From: Bacillota bacterium
GTDB lineage: Bacteria > Bacillota > Limnochordia > DUMW01
Length of the DNA: 64,000 nucleotides
Direction: 5' to 3'
Assembly (NCBI GenBank): GCA_012839765.1
Contig: DUMW01000009.1
Coordinates: 29,434-93,433 of the forward strand
Made by a program: the position numbers and the translations under genes. This document shows positions 35,341 to 44,359 of this stretch, one piece after another (position 1 is the stretch's first letter; every line of letters starts with the position of its first letter). The notes below the pieces were generated by a model. It was not told the origin of the DNA. It was given only the letters and a program-made list of their open reading frames with translations, and did not search any database.

Positions 35341-37167
35341 ATGGAGCGCCTATGTCGGCTTATCCTACATATCAGGGATGAGGAAGGAGCGCCCCGTCTT
35401 GCCCGCTGCTATGTTTGGTCTTCGGGGGAACGTCCGAAAGTGGGGGAAGGGGATCCCGACAACAACCGGTGTCCCGGCGTGTTTTTTGGTAGTACAATCC
35501 AGGTTTTCATTCCCTTGGATGTACCGGTGCAGGTGGAGGTGTACCACGGCTTTAATTGGAGTGTTTGGCGGAAGACGTTTCAAACCGCCGAAGAGGAACT
35601 GGAAATGACAGTCACCCTCCAGAGGTTCTGGGAACACCCCCGTTGGGTCTGTGGTGAAAGCCATTCCCACATTGCCCGGGGGGAAGGGAATCTTGGTCGC
35701 TCTGGGTCCTTTTCCTGGGTAAGGACCCTGTGTCTGGCTGACGGATTGGACTACTACCAGCCAGGATATCCCTGGCCCGGGTATAGTCCCCAGGATAACG
35801 AAGCCGTTGATCTGTCCCGCGTTAAGGAGAAACTAGAAAGGCTCAGTGATGAGGCTCTCCTTTTGGCACCGGGTTGTGAGTTTCCCAAAACACGTTTTGG
35901 TCACTTGTGCTGGGTAAACTTGGAAGGTATCCGTCTCACCGTTGCTGAATGTTTCGATGCCTCCTGGGAAGACTGGCTCTTCAACAGTCGACCCGGTCAA
36001 ACCCCTAGGGATTTCCCCTATGGACTACTATCCCTAGCGGAGATAATTGCAAAGCACCGCCAGGGGAGAGAGTTCTGTTTCTTTGCCCATCCCACCAGTT
36101 GGTGGTGGTATGGAGATAAATTTGTTCCCAACATCGCAGCGGAGCTGCCCTACCTGACCATGGCGGGACCCCTCTACGACGGGCTCGTGGTCATGGGTTA
36201 CCAGGCCGATCACCTCTATTACCAGAACTTGTGGTTCCACCTTTTGAACCTGGGTTATCGCATTACGGGAGTGGCAGAGGTGGATGCGGTCTGGGGGCGG
36301 AAGGATTTCGATCTGCCGGGCAAATACCGCAACTACACCTTTTCCTCCAAGCGAACCATGGAAGAGATTGCCCTGGGACTGAGGCAGGGGCGTAACCTGG
36401 TCACCTCTGGTCCCTTTGTGGGCTTATCAGCCAATGGCCGACACTTGCCCGGGGACCTTATACCCGAGGGCGATTATGAGTTTTCCATTACCTGTTGGTC
36501 CAGTGGAGATCCGCAGGAACGACTCAGTTATGTGGTTTTGTATCGAAACGGTAGGCCCTTCAGGGTATGGGATCTTAGGAGCAAGATTGTTCGTTACTTT
36601 GAAGAGAAGGTCACTGTCCGCGAGGACTCTCCTGCCTGGTACTTGGTGAAATGCTATGGTTCCGAGGCTCCGGAGGAGGCTACATTGGATCTGATGAGAT
36701 TTCTGCCGGAGCATCCGGGTTACATCCCAAAACGGGTAAGCCAGGTAGCCCTGACCAATCCCATCTATATTCGGCCGGTAGGACACCCTAGTCCCCAAGC
36801 CTACAGTGCCAAGGTGCGGGGATTCGTCACCGACCGGCACGAAAGACCTCTTTCCGGATGGGTATGGATCCTAGATCCCGTGGATCAGGAGAGTCGGAGG
36901 GAGCAATTCACTAGCGGTGAATTCTGCATCCAGGTTCCTCTAACGGCTTACGTAGAAGTGCAGGTGGATGGTTACGTCTCCCAGCGACGTTCCGTTCGTT
37001 TTGATTGTCCAGCCTTGGTGGAGACCATCGAGTCTGTGTATATGGGGAAGTTTAACCAAGAGAGGCGCTGGGCGCCGGGGCAGCTTTTGTTTGAACACCT
37101 GGGATGGGATGTGATTGAAAAGGCCCTGGGGGAGATTACGTGGCTTTTCAGATTGGAGGAAGGTTGA
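35341..37167 (+). CDS. Hypothetical protein, possible PHP/CehA-like metal-dependent hydrolase
   Basis: CGESHSHIARG (HxH metal-binding-like motif). 608 aa with no other recognisable signature. The stop overlaps the start of the next gene (ATGA). Confidence 0.35.
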   Translation: MERLCRLILHIRDEEGAPRLARCYVWSSGERPKVGEGDPDNNRCPGVFFGSTIQVFIPLDVPVQVEVYHGFNWSVWRKTFQTAEEELEMTVTLQRFWEHPRWVCGESHSHIARGEGNLGRSGSFSWVRTLCLADGLDYYQPGYPWPGYSPQDNEAVDLSRVKEKLERLSDEALLLAPGCEFPKTRFGHLCWVNLEGIRLTVAECFDASWEDWLFNSRPGQTPRDFPYGLLSLAEIIAKHRQGREFCFFAHPTSWWWYGDKFVPNIAAELPYLTMAGPLYDGLVVMGYQADHLYYQNLWFHLLNLGYRITGVAEVDAVWGRKDFDLPGKYRNYTFSSKRTMEEIALGLRQGRNLVTSGPFVGLSANGRHLPGDLIPEGDYEFSITCWSSGDPQERLSYVVLYRNGRPFRVWDLRSKIVRYFEEKVTVREDSPAWYLVKCYGSEAPEEATLDLMRFLPEHPGYIPKRVSQVALTNPIYIRPVGHPSPQAYSAKVRGFVTDRHERPLSGWVWILDPVDQESRREQFTSGEFCIQVPLTAYVEVQVDGYVSQRRSVRFDCPALVETIESVYMGKFNQERRWAPGQLLFEHLGWDVIEKALGEITWLFRLEEG

Positions 37168-37925
37168 TGAAGATCCTGAGGGATTATCACATTCATACAG
37201 AAAAATCCGCGTGCGGCCATGCCAGCAACCAGACCCGGGCTATTCTAGACAAAGTGGCCAACCTCGGGTATGACAGTATCGGCCTAAGCGATCATTTGCA
37301 CCCCGGAACCGATCGGAAAATCTTCCAACAGGTGAAAGGGGAAATCCAGCAGTGGCGGGAACAGAATGCCCAGGTCCCCATGGAAGTCCTCATCGGTTGC
37401 GAAGCCGACGTATTAGCTCCAGGGGTGGTGACTATCGACCTTAGCTTTGCTACTATCTTCGATTATGTCATTGTGTCCCCCAACCATTATCACTTGGCTT
37501 GGGTGGAAAAACCGCCCTGTAAGACAGCTACCCTGGAACAATGCATTGAACACCTGTTGGCTACCCATCTTACCGCGGCCAACCCTCCAGCGCAAATCAT
37601 TGCCCATCCCTTCACCTACGGGTGTTCAAGGTTTGCTGAGTTGGTGGACCATCTTGATGCCGACAGATTGTGGCCTCTCATCCACAGGGCAAAGGTCAAC
37701 CAGGTGGCTATGGAGATTAGTTCGGGTGCCGTGAACAGTCCCCATCAAGAGTTTGTTCAGAAGTTCTATACCCTGTGCCTGGAAAACGGAGTGAAACTTT
37801 GTCCGGGCAGTGACGCTCATCGACTTGAGGATGTCGGGGAGTTGGCCTTCATCGAGTCCTATCTGGAACGACTTGGCGCTGGACCGGAGAACTTGCTGCG
37901 CCTGCATCCGAAGAATAAAAGGTGA
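37167..37925 (+). CDS. PHP-domain protein (histidinol-phosphatase-like metal-dependent phosphoesterase)
   Basis: The MKILRDYHIHTEKSACGHAS N-terminus matches the PHP signature. GGAGGAAGG RBS. Translationally coupled to the upstream gene. Confidence 0.55.
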   Translation: MKILRDYHIHTEKSACGHASNQTRAILDKVANLGYDSIGLSDHLHPGTDRKIFQQVKGEIQQWREQNAQVPMEVLIGCEADVLAPGVVTIDLSFATIFDYVIVSPNHYHLAWVEKPPCKTATLEQCIEHLLATHLTAANPPAQIIAHPFTYGCSRFAELVDHLDADRLWPLIHRAKVNQVAMEISSGAVNSPHQEFVQKFYTLCLENGVKLCPGSDAHRLEDVGELAFIESYLERLGAGPENLLRLHPKNKR

Positions 37926-38156
37926 GCCCCGTCGCGCGTAAGGAGCGATGCACGAGAAAGGTGGCACTGCAAAAAGTCTCGTGCCACACGCGATCTCATG
38001 CTGCAGAAGGTTCCAGTAGAGAACTACTGTGGTTTGCTATACGGACTGCCACTCGGGCACAAAGGTGCTGAATCGAAGGACTTGGCAAATCTAGGATTAG
38101 GTGGTAATATACTGATTGTGCCGGAAAGCCTCCTGGATTTTGCAGGAGGTGTCTTC

Positions 38157-39401
38157 ATGACGAAACTATTCATCTTTTTGCTCATCATTTCTCTCTTTGC
38201 ACCTGTTGATGCTTCCAGTCTGACTTTGGACTGGGACTATGTCCTTCGAACATCGGTGAAGGAAACCGTTACCATGTCTCAGTTGAGACTGGCCGGGTCC
38301 GGTGCCCTAAACTGGGAAACTATGTTTTATTACCTTCCTGGTGAGCTGGGCGTGGATCGGGCCTCCCTTGATTTCTCCCTGCACGGTATTGAACATCGCA
38401 TCGCATGGGGACATCCCTTGCCCCACTTCCAAGGTCGCATGTCCATTGTAGGGGGCAATGTGCAACCGGGAAAAGGTCTTAGTTATACGGTGAAAGGCAA
38501 AGAGGGTCCCTGGAGTGCCACGGGAGTGGTCCTGTGGGGATCGGTCTTCGATGTGTGGGCTGCTCAGTTGAAATACACCCAAAAACCCTGGCAGCTTTTG
38601 CTTACGGGTTGTCTGAATTCCGTAGATTATCCGGGGGAGAAACAGCATATGTATGTCGTAGAGGGCCAGACGTCCCTGGGTAATTTCACTTTGCAAGGGG
38701 CGCTGGGCATGAGCCCGGGTTCCTCACCGTCCTATGCCCGGTATGCCCAGGTGGACTACCGCGGGAGTCAGGCGCGGCTGCTCCTAAGCTACCGGAATAT
38801 CGATGGCGACTTTGTTACTCCGGCCAAGTCTTCCTTTTCCTTGGGGCGGGGCCGGAAGGGTTGGGAATTGGGTAGCACTGTCTCCATCGGGCCGTGGGCC
38901 TTTGTGGAAGTGACCGGCAGTGACCTGACCAATCTTTCAGGTCAAAGGCAGTATCAGTGGGAGTTGGTCAGCGGTCTGTCCTTGGGGGAGCAAACCTTGC
39001 GGGTGGGCAAAGGTTGGAACCACAAGTATGAGGAATGGGTGGTCTATGGACTGGTCGGACCGCAATATGAAGTGCGTCTTACCCAAGGAGAAGAGAGATG
39101 GCAAGGCCGGTTGCAACTGGAACTTACTCCGCAACTGACGGTACGTAGCAGCTACGATACCGGGCTTTCGGCGGTGCGGGTCCAGGGTGATCTGGCCTTA
39201 GATGGGGAAACCCGGTTGCGGGGACTGGTAAGGTACCGGCATGATCAGCAAAAACTGCAATATTACGCTAGTCTGAGCAAGACTGTAGGTCCTTTGCAGG
39301 TGGAACTGGATTGGGGCACTTGGGATCAAGGACGCTTGGATGCCTACTGGCAGCACCCTAGTGCCTTGGGGGTTAAGGTGGTATATCATCGGGCTTGGTA
39401 G
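38157..39401 (+). CDS. Secreted hypothetical protein with amphipathic beta-strand pattern and C-terminal aromatic residue (OMP/beta-barrel-like)
   Basis: Signal peptide MTKLFIFLLIISLFAPVDASS. Alternating hydrophobic/polar stretches (LQLELTPQLTVRSSYD, RLRGLVRYRHD). Ends …VVYHRAW. GCAGGAGG RBS. Confidence 0.45.
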   Translation: MTKLFIFLLIISLFAPVDASSLTLDWDYVLRTSVKETVTMSQLRLAGSGALNWETMFYYLPGELGVDRASLDFSLHGIEHRIAWGHPLPHFQGRMSIVGGNVQPGKGLSYTVKGKEGPWSATGVVLWGSVFDVWAAQLKYTQKPWQLLLTGCLNSVDYPGEKQHMYVVEGQTSLGNFTLQGALGMSPGSSPSYARYAQVDYRGSQARLLLSYRNIDGDFVTPAKSSFSLGRGRKGWELGSTVSIGPWAFVEVTGSDLTNLSGQRQYQWELVSGLSLGEQTLRVGKGWNHKYEEWVVYGLVGPQYEVRLTQGEERWQGRLQLELTPQLTVRSSYDTGLSAVRVQGDLALDGETRLRGLVRYRHDQQKLQYYASLSKTVGPLQVELDWGTWDQGRLDAYWQHPSALGVKVVYHRAW

Positions 39402-39413
39402 GGAGGCAGACCC

Positions 39414-39689
39414 TTGTTATACAGTGAGATCGCCGGGAAAGAACTGATCGATATCGCAGAAGGGCGCCGGCTGGGTGTAGTTTATGCCACGGATCTGGTG
39501 ATCGATACGGAGACGCTGCAGGTGGTGGCGATCATCCTTCCCACCCGGCGCCGCCGGTTCCTCCTTTTTGGCAGCGATGAATACGTCCTGATTCCCTGGG
39601 AAGGGATCCTGAAAATTGGGGTGGACGTGATCGTGGTGGATATGCGCTGTAGTTCCCAGTATGTGGAACCGGAGACCCCCGGCCTGTAA
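39414..39689 (+). CDS. ymxH: YlmC/YmxH-family sporulation protein (PRC-barrel)
   Basis: 91 aa; the sequence is typical of the YmxH/YlmC family (…LIDIAEGRRLGVV…DLVID…). TTG start with a GGGAGG RBS. In B. subtilis ymxH lies between mlpA and spoVFA. Confidence 0.7.
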   Translation: MLYSEIAGKELIDIAEGRRLGVVYATDLVIDTETLQVVAIILPTRRRRFLLFGSDEYVLIPWEGILKIGVDVIVVDMRCSSQYVEPETPGL

Positions 39690-39762
39690 CAGACTGAATA
39701 CAGTACTCCTTGTTATGACAAACTATTACCGAAGTATAGCTCATAACAAGGAGGAATAGCTT

Positions 39763-40257
39763 GTGGCGACGGTTATCGGTACCTTTGATACGGAACGACA
39801 AGCCGAAAAGGCCGTAAAGCACATGCGTGACAACGGTTTCGAGGATAACGAGATCTCCATCATTGCCCGAGACAAAAGTGACATCGCCGGACGTGGCGAT
39901 ACGGACACCGAAGCCGGCGATGAAGACATGGGTATGGGCAGTCTGGCCACCGGGACCGCCTGGGGTGGCGCCCTTGGCGGGATCGCCGGACTGTTGGCCG
40001 GTGCCGGTGCTTTGGCCATTCCGGGGATCGGTCCCATCATCGCCCTTGGTCCCTTGGCCGCTACCCTGTCGGGGGTTGTGGCCGGTGGGATCGTGGGTGG
40101 ACTTGTGGATCTGGGGATTCCCCAGGACCGAAGTGACTTCTATGAGGAGGAAGTCAAACGCGGCAAGATCTTGGCCGTGATCGACACCGATGACAAAGTG
40201 GAGGAAGCGGAGTCCATCCTCAACGAATTCGGTGCAAATGATGTGGAAAGCTACTAA
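39763..40257 (+). CDS. YflT-like general stress protein (Gly/Ala-rich central region)
   Basis: N-terminus MATVIGTFDTERQAEKAVKHMRDNGF… and a Gly-rich membrane-associating middle, as in general stress protein 17M (YflT) family members. GTG start with an AAGGAGG RBS. Confidence 0.5.
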   Translation: MATVIGTFDTERQAEKAVKHMRDNGFEDNEISIIARDKSDIAGRGDTDTEAGDEDMGMGSLATGTAWGGALGGIAGLLAGAGALAIPGIGPIIALGPLAATLSGVVAGGIVGGLVDLGIPQDRSDFYEEEVKRGKILAVIDTDDKVEEAESILNEFGANDVESY

Positions 40258-40374
40258 AACCCAAGGCCCTGCAGAGATTGCAGGGCCTTCCTCTTGTCTG
40301 CAGGGAGGATTTTGCCTTAAGGTGTCAAAATAATGGCAGTGATAGATAGTTTTGGGAAAGTGGGAGGGGAGACC

Positions 40375-42114
40375 ATGGTCCACCAACGGATACCCCGGCC
40401 GGAACACCCGCGTCCGCAGTTGTTTCGGGAACGCTGGCAAAACTTGAACGGCTGGTGGGAGTTTGAGATTGATCATGGGCGAAGCGGCAAAGACAGGAAG
40501 TTCTATGAACGGAAGGAGCTTTCCGGGAAGATCTTGGTACCCTTCTGCCCCGAAAGCAAGTTGTCTGGGGTGGAGTATCGGGATTTTGTGGCGGCGGTGT
40601 GGTATCGCAGGGAGTTCGAGCTTCCCCCAGGATGGGGTGAAGGTAACCGGGTACTATTACACTTTGAAGCCGTTGATTACTACACCGAGGTGTGGATCAA
40701 CGGCGTATCTGTCGGTAGCCATCGGGGTGGCTTTACTCCTTTTACCTTCGATATTACCGATCATTTGGTCGCGGGCACGAATGTGCTTACGGTCTGTGCT
40801 GAGGATGACGTCCGCAGTGGTTTACAACCGGTGGGCAAGCAGAGTACCCTTTATCATTCCCATGCAACGAAGTATACCAGAACTACAGGTGTTTGGCAGA
40901 CCGTGTGGTTAGAGTGTGTAGCCGAGGGTTATGTGGATTCCCTCCGGTACTTCCCCGATCCGGCCAACGGTCAGCTGCACATTGCGGCAAAACTGGCCGG
41001 GAATGTGGTGGGCTGCGACCTGCAATTGACGGCTTCCTACGAAGGAAAGCCCATGGGAAGTGTTACCGCCCGGGTGGTGGGGCCCGATGTACGGGTCACC
41101 TTGCCCCTGGATGAAGTGCACCTGTGGGAACCAGGAAAACCTCGCCTCTATGACCTGGCCATTGTGTTGAGTAAGGATTCCTATCCCTTGGATGAGGTCC
41201 AAAGCTATTTCGGTCTGCGGACCATTACACTAGATGATCGGGCGATCCTGATCAATGGACAGCCGGTCTTTCAACGGTTGGTCCTGGACCAAGGTTATTA
41301 TCCCGACGGAGTCTATACTGCACCTACCGACGAGGCTTTGAGAAAGGATATCGAGCTTTCCATGGAGCTTGGCTTCAATGGAGCGCGGCTACACCAGAAG
41401 GTCTTCGAACGGCGGTTCCTCTATTGGGCCGATAAACTGGGATACTTGGTATGGGGTGAGTACCCTAATTGGGGATTGGATATTACCACCGCTAAAGGTT
41501 TGGAAGTCTTCTTGCCCCAATGGTTGGAGGCGGTGGAACGGGACTTCAATTGCCCGGCGTTGGTCGTGTGGTGTCCCTTCAACGAGACCTGGGACTGGTA
41601 TGGGAACCGACAAAACAATGAGGTGCTGCGGAACATCTACCTGGTGACAAAGCAGCTAGATCCCACCCGGCCTGTAATTGATACCTCTGGTAATTACCAT
41701 GTGGTCACCGATATTTTCGACATCCATGACTACGAACAGGATGTGGAGGTGTTTGCGAAGCGTTACCAGAAGGTGGCGGAGACTGGCGAGGTCTATGTGA
41801 CCTTCCCCGATCGCCAGAAATATGGCGGTCAACCGTATTTCGTCAGTGAATATGGCGGGATTTGGTGGAGTGATACAGGTGATGAGGGTTGGGGCTATGG
41901 TCGGCGGCCGAAGGACAAGGAGGAATTCCTGGCCCGATATAAGGGATTGACCGAGGCCTTGCTCAATAACCCTCTAGTGGCTGGTTTTTGTTATACACAA
42001 TTGTATGATGTGGAGCAGGAGATGAATGGGCTGTATACCTATGGGCGGGAGCCGAAGTTTGACAAGGAGGTCATTCGGCAGATCAATCAGCAACGGGCGG
42101 CCATTGAGGAATAG
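40375..42114 (+). CDS. GH2-family glycoside hydrolase (beta-galactosidase/beta-mannosidase/beta-glucuronidase-like)
   Basis: Sugar-binding jelly-roll region (VLLHFEAVDYYTEVWINGVSVGSHRGGFTPFTFDIT) and TIM-barrel region (LGFNGARLHQK…NETW) typical of GH2. ATG 40375 follows a GGGAGGGGAG RBS. Confidence 0.7.
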   Translation: MVHQRIPRPEHPRPQLFRERWQNLNGWWEFEIDHGRSGKDRKFYERKELSGKILVPFCPESKLSGVEYRDFVAAVWYRREFELPPGWGEGNRVLLHFEAVDYYTEVWINGVSVGSHRGGFTPFTFDITDHLVAGTNVLTVCAEDDVRSGLQPVGKQSTLYHSHATKYTRTTGVWQTVWLECVAEGYVDSLRYFPDPANGQLHIAAKLAGNVVGCDLQLTASYEGKPMGSVTARVVGPDVRVTLPLDEVHLWEPGKPRLYDLAIVLSKDSYPLDEVQSYFGLRTITLDDRAILINGQPVFQRLVLDQGYYPDGVYTAPTDEALRKDIELSMELGFNGARLHQKVFERRFLYWADKLGYLVWGEYPNWGLDITTAKGLEVFLPQWLEAVERDFNCPALVVWCPFNETWDWYGNRQNNEVLRNIYLVTKQLDPTRPVIDTSGNYHVVTDIFDIHDYEQDVEVFAKRYQKVAETGEVYVTFPDRQKYGGQPYFVSEYGGIWWSDTGDEGWGYGRRPKDKEEFLARYKGLTEALLNNPLVAGFCYTQLYDVEQEMNGLYTYGREPKFDKEVIRQINQQRAAIEE

Positions 42115-42637
42115 GAAAAGGGCTTAATAGAGGATTTCTCGGCATTGGCCGTAAGTTTGAACGAGGGGATCCCTCGGAGTTCCTTTGGCGATCACTAGAC
42201 AATAAAAGGGCGCGAGGGATCCCCGCTGCAGATGAGAGAGGACTTTCTACGGTTTCTTACGCTAAGGCCATGAAGGTGTCTTCTCGATCGTTCAACAACG
42301 GTGGTAACTAATAAGGCATACCCTAGCACCCTGTTATGTTCATGAACCGGTAGCAGTGTTTTGCAAAGGTTTCCCATATCTGCAAGAGCTACTTCTAGAC
42401 GCCCTTGGAGAAACGGTAATGCACAGACGATCACAACCATGCCCAAGCGGGGAGGGGATCAGGCCTAGGTCAAAGGGGTGACTAGAGGAGACGGGAAGGA
42501 AGACAAAAAGGAAGACGGAAACTGATTTTTTTGGGAGGTGGGCAGCTTTTCGGAGAAAAATGTCTCTCCGGTAAGAGGGCATTGGCTTAGTTTTTCGGTT
42601 TGTTCTGATACAGACATCCAGGAAAGAAGGGACCTTA

Positions 42638-43451
42638 GTGGAGACGCGTTTGTCCATGTGGACCGATATGTACGCAGACTTGGACCCCGAAGAGGCGCTG
42701 GAACGGCTATTGGACAGCAGTTTTCCTGTGTTTGAGTTTGGTTGTACGCACTTGGGAAAATGGGTTAATAGTGGAAGGAATCCGGCCCGATTAGAAAGGA
42801 TCGCACACAAGGTAACTAGTGCCGGAAGAAGATTTCAAACTTCATGCGCCAATCATGAATGGGTTACCACCCGAGGAGCTTTTGCCGCACATGTTGACGG
42901 CCGTCGACGCAGCTGCGATTCTGGGTGCCAGATGGGTGGTCGTGCATCCAGTGACCCTACCCCAATGGGCAGGGCGGGATGCTCTGGATGAGGAGTGTGT
43001 TCGGACCAACCAGCAGTACTTCACAGAATTGGTGGACGCAGCCACTGCCCGTGGGGTGGGGATTGCTGTGGAGAATATGTTTAAAGGCCGATTTGGAATG
43101 AGGTGAAGCGAGCTTTTGGTCTTGCTGCAGCAGTTTCCTGAAGAGGCCTTTGGGGTCTGCTGGGATACCAGCCACGGTGAGCTCAGTAGTCCGAACCAGG
43201 CGGAAGAAATGGCGCTCGTGAAATCCCGCATTGTGGCCACCCATATCTCCGACAATCTTGGGCAGGCTGACGACCATCTTTATCCATATCGCGGGCAAGT
43301 AGACTGGGCGGCTGTTGTCGGTGTTCTCCGGGAGCAGCCTTGGGTGTTGAATTTTGAAGTGCCCGGAAAAATGTCCCGTTGTCCTTTGGAATTGCGGGGG
43401 GCCTTGGTGGAATATGGTTTTGCCGTTGGAAAGCATCTGCTGAATTTGTGA
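42638..43451 (+). pseudogene. Sugar-phosphate isomerase/epimerase (xylose-isomerase-like TIM barrel), disrupted by one frameshift (~42820-42840) and an in-frame TGA (43104-43106)
   Basis: The family motifs are spread over three ORF pieces: …HLGKWV… (42638 frame); …GARWVVVHP…GIAVEN… (42819 frame, ends …GRFGMR TGA); and …GVCWDTSHGE…VATHISDN… (43116 frame). Confidence 0.55.
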
Positions 43452-43753
43452 TATGTCATAGGGAAGCATTCCACAACCATCCGGGAAGATGGTTAGAGAA
43501 ACGCCTTCCTGCTGCTGGTGGGATGGTATGGAGACCGTCCATTGCGGATGGTCCTCCTAGGATCCCATGACCATGCCTGGCTAGAATGAACCTCTGGGGT
43601 ATAGCTGATCAATCCAGTAGATAGCAGATACTCGTTCAATGCACCCTTGACTGAACGGTGTAGTCTAGTATAGCAATGCCGGATAACGTTTTCGGTGTTT
43701 CCTGGTGTACCTTGAATGGTGCCGATCTTTACTGCTATCGAAGGAGTGACGCT

Positions 43754-44065
43754 ATGGACCCCAGAAAAACACTACTTCCCGGATTGGTTGTCTTACTAGT
43801 TATCCTAGGTATTGCCTTCATATCGTTGCGGATAGACACAAGGAGGCAAGAACCCGAACAGAGCGAAGATGCGAGCGACGTATTAACCTATACGATGGTT
43901 GGAGCTCTGAGTGGCTATTGTGAAATGTTGATTAATCGTTTCTCAAAAGAGTTTGGTGTGAAGACGGAGTATGTACGGCTTTTATATCGGTATTGCATGA
44001 TCCTTAGAGGGCGCATTACATTGGGTTTTTCGTTGCCTTTGACTTTATCCGTAATGCATGTATAA
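43754..44065 (+). CDS. Hypothetical small membrane-anchored protein
   Basis: ATG 43754 follows an AAGGAG RBS. N-terminal TM helix LLPGLVVLLVILGIAFISL. No recognisable domain. Confidence 0.3.
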   Translation: MDPRKTLLPGLVVLLVILGIAFISLRIDTRRQEPEQSEDASDVLTYTMVGALSGYCEMLINRFSKEFGVKTEYVRLLYRYCMILRGRITLGFSLPLTLSVMHV

Positions 44066-44114
44066 TATAGCTATAAATCGAGGTATAGAGGGTAAAGATA
44101 AAAGCCCTTGATGA

Positions 44115-44340
44115 GTTCAGAGATAGAGGCGCGGGACTCAAGAGTACCCTCGGGTAGGATGGGATTTCATCGAAGCACCGGGGGGAAAGGGGGAACCGCC
44201 GAAGTGTCTAACTTAAATCCAAGTTAGATGCTGGGCTTAAGGTGAATAACCTTAGGACTGCCATTGTTTCAATGGAGAGCTATCTCGCCAGGACTGTGTA
44301 TGCGGTTGGTGAGATGTGCCAACCGCTTTTTGTTGTACCT
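44115..44340 (+). promoter_or_regulatory. Lysine riboswitch (L-box) with terminator-type expression platform, upstream of the dapB-dpaAB-asd-aspartokinase-dapA gene string
   Basis: AGAGGCGCGGGACUCAAGAGUA…AUGGGAUU…GGAAAGGGGGAACCGCCGAAG…UGGAGAGCUAUCUC matches the conserved L-box core of the B. subtilis lysC leader (AGAGGUGCGAACUUCAAGAGUA…GAAAGGGGAGCGUCGCCGAAG…GGAGGGCUAUCU). A GCGGTTGG/CCAACCGC hairpin plus TTTTTGTTGT terminator lies at 44302-44340. Confidence 0.75.
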
Positions 44341-44359
44341 CGATATGGGAGGAGATACT

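Noticed and set aside
3311-39413. Calling the accessory block a mobile element or genomic island sensu stricto
   Set aside because: I found no integrase, recombinase, transposase, tRNA target or terminal repeats. It is reported as a finding (insertion in a conserved gene-order block) rather than a mobile_element feature.
43104-43106. In-frame TGA read as selenocysteine
   Set aside because: The sugar-phosphate isomerase family is not known to use Sec, and no SECIS-like stem-loop follows. The same gene also carries a frameshift, so a pseudogene is the simpler reading.
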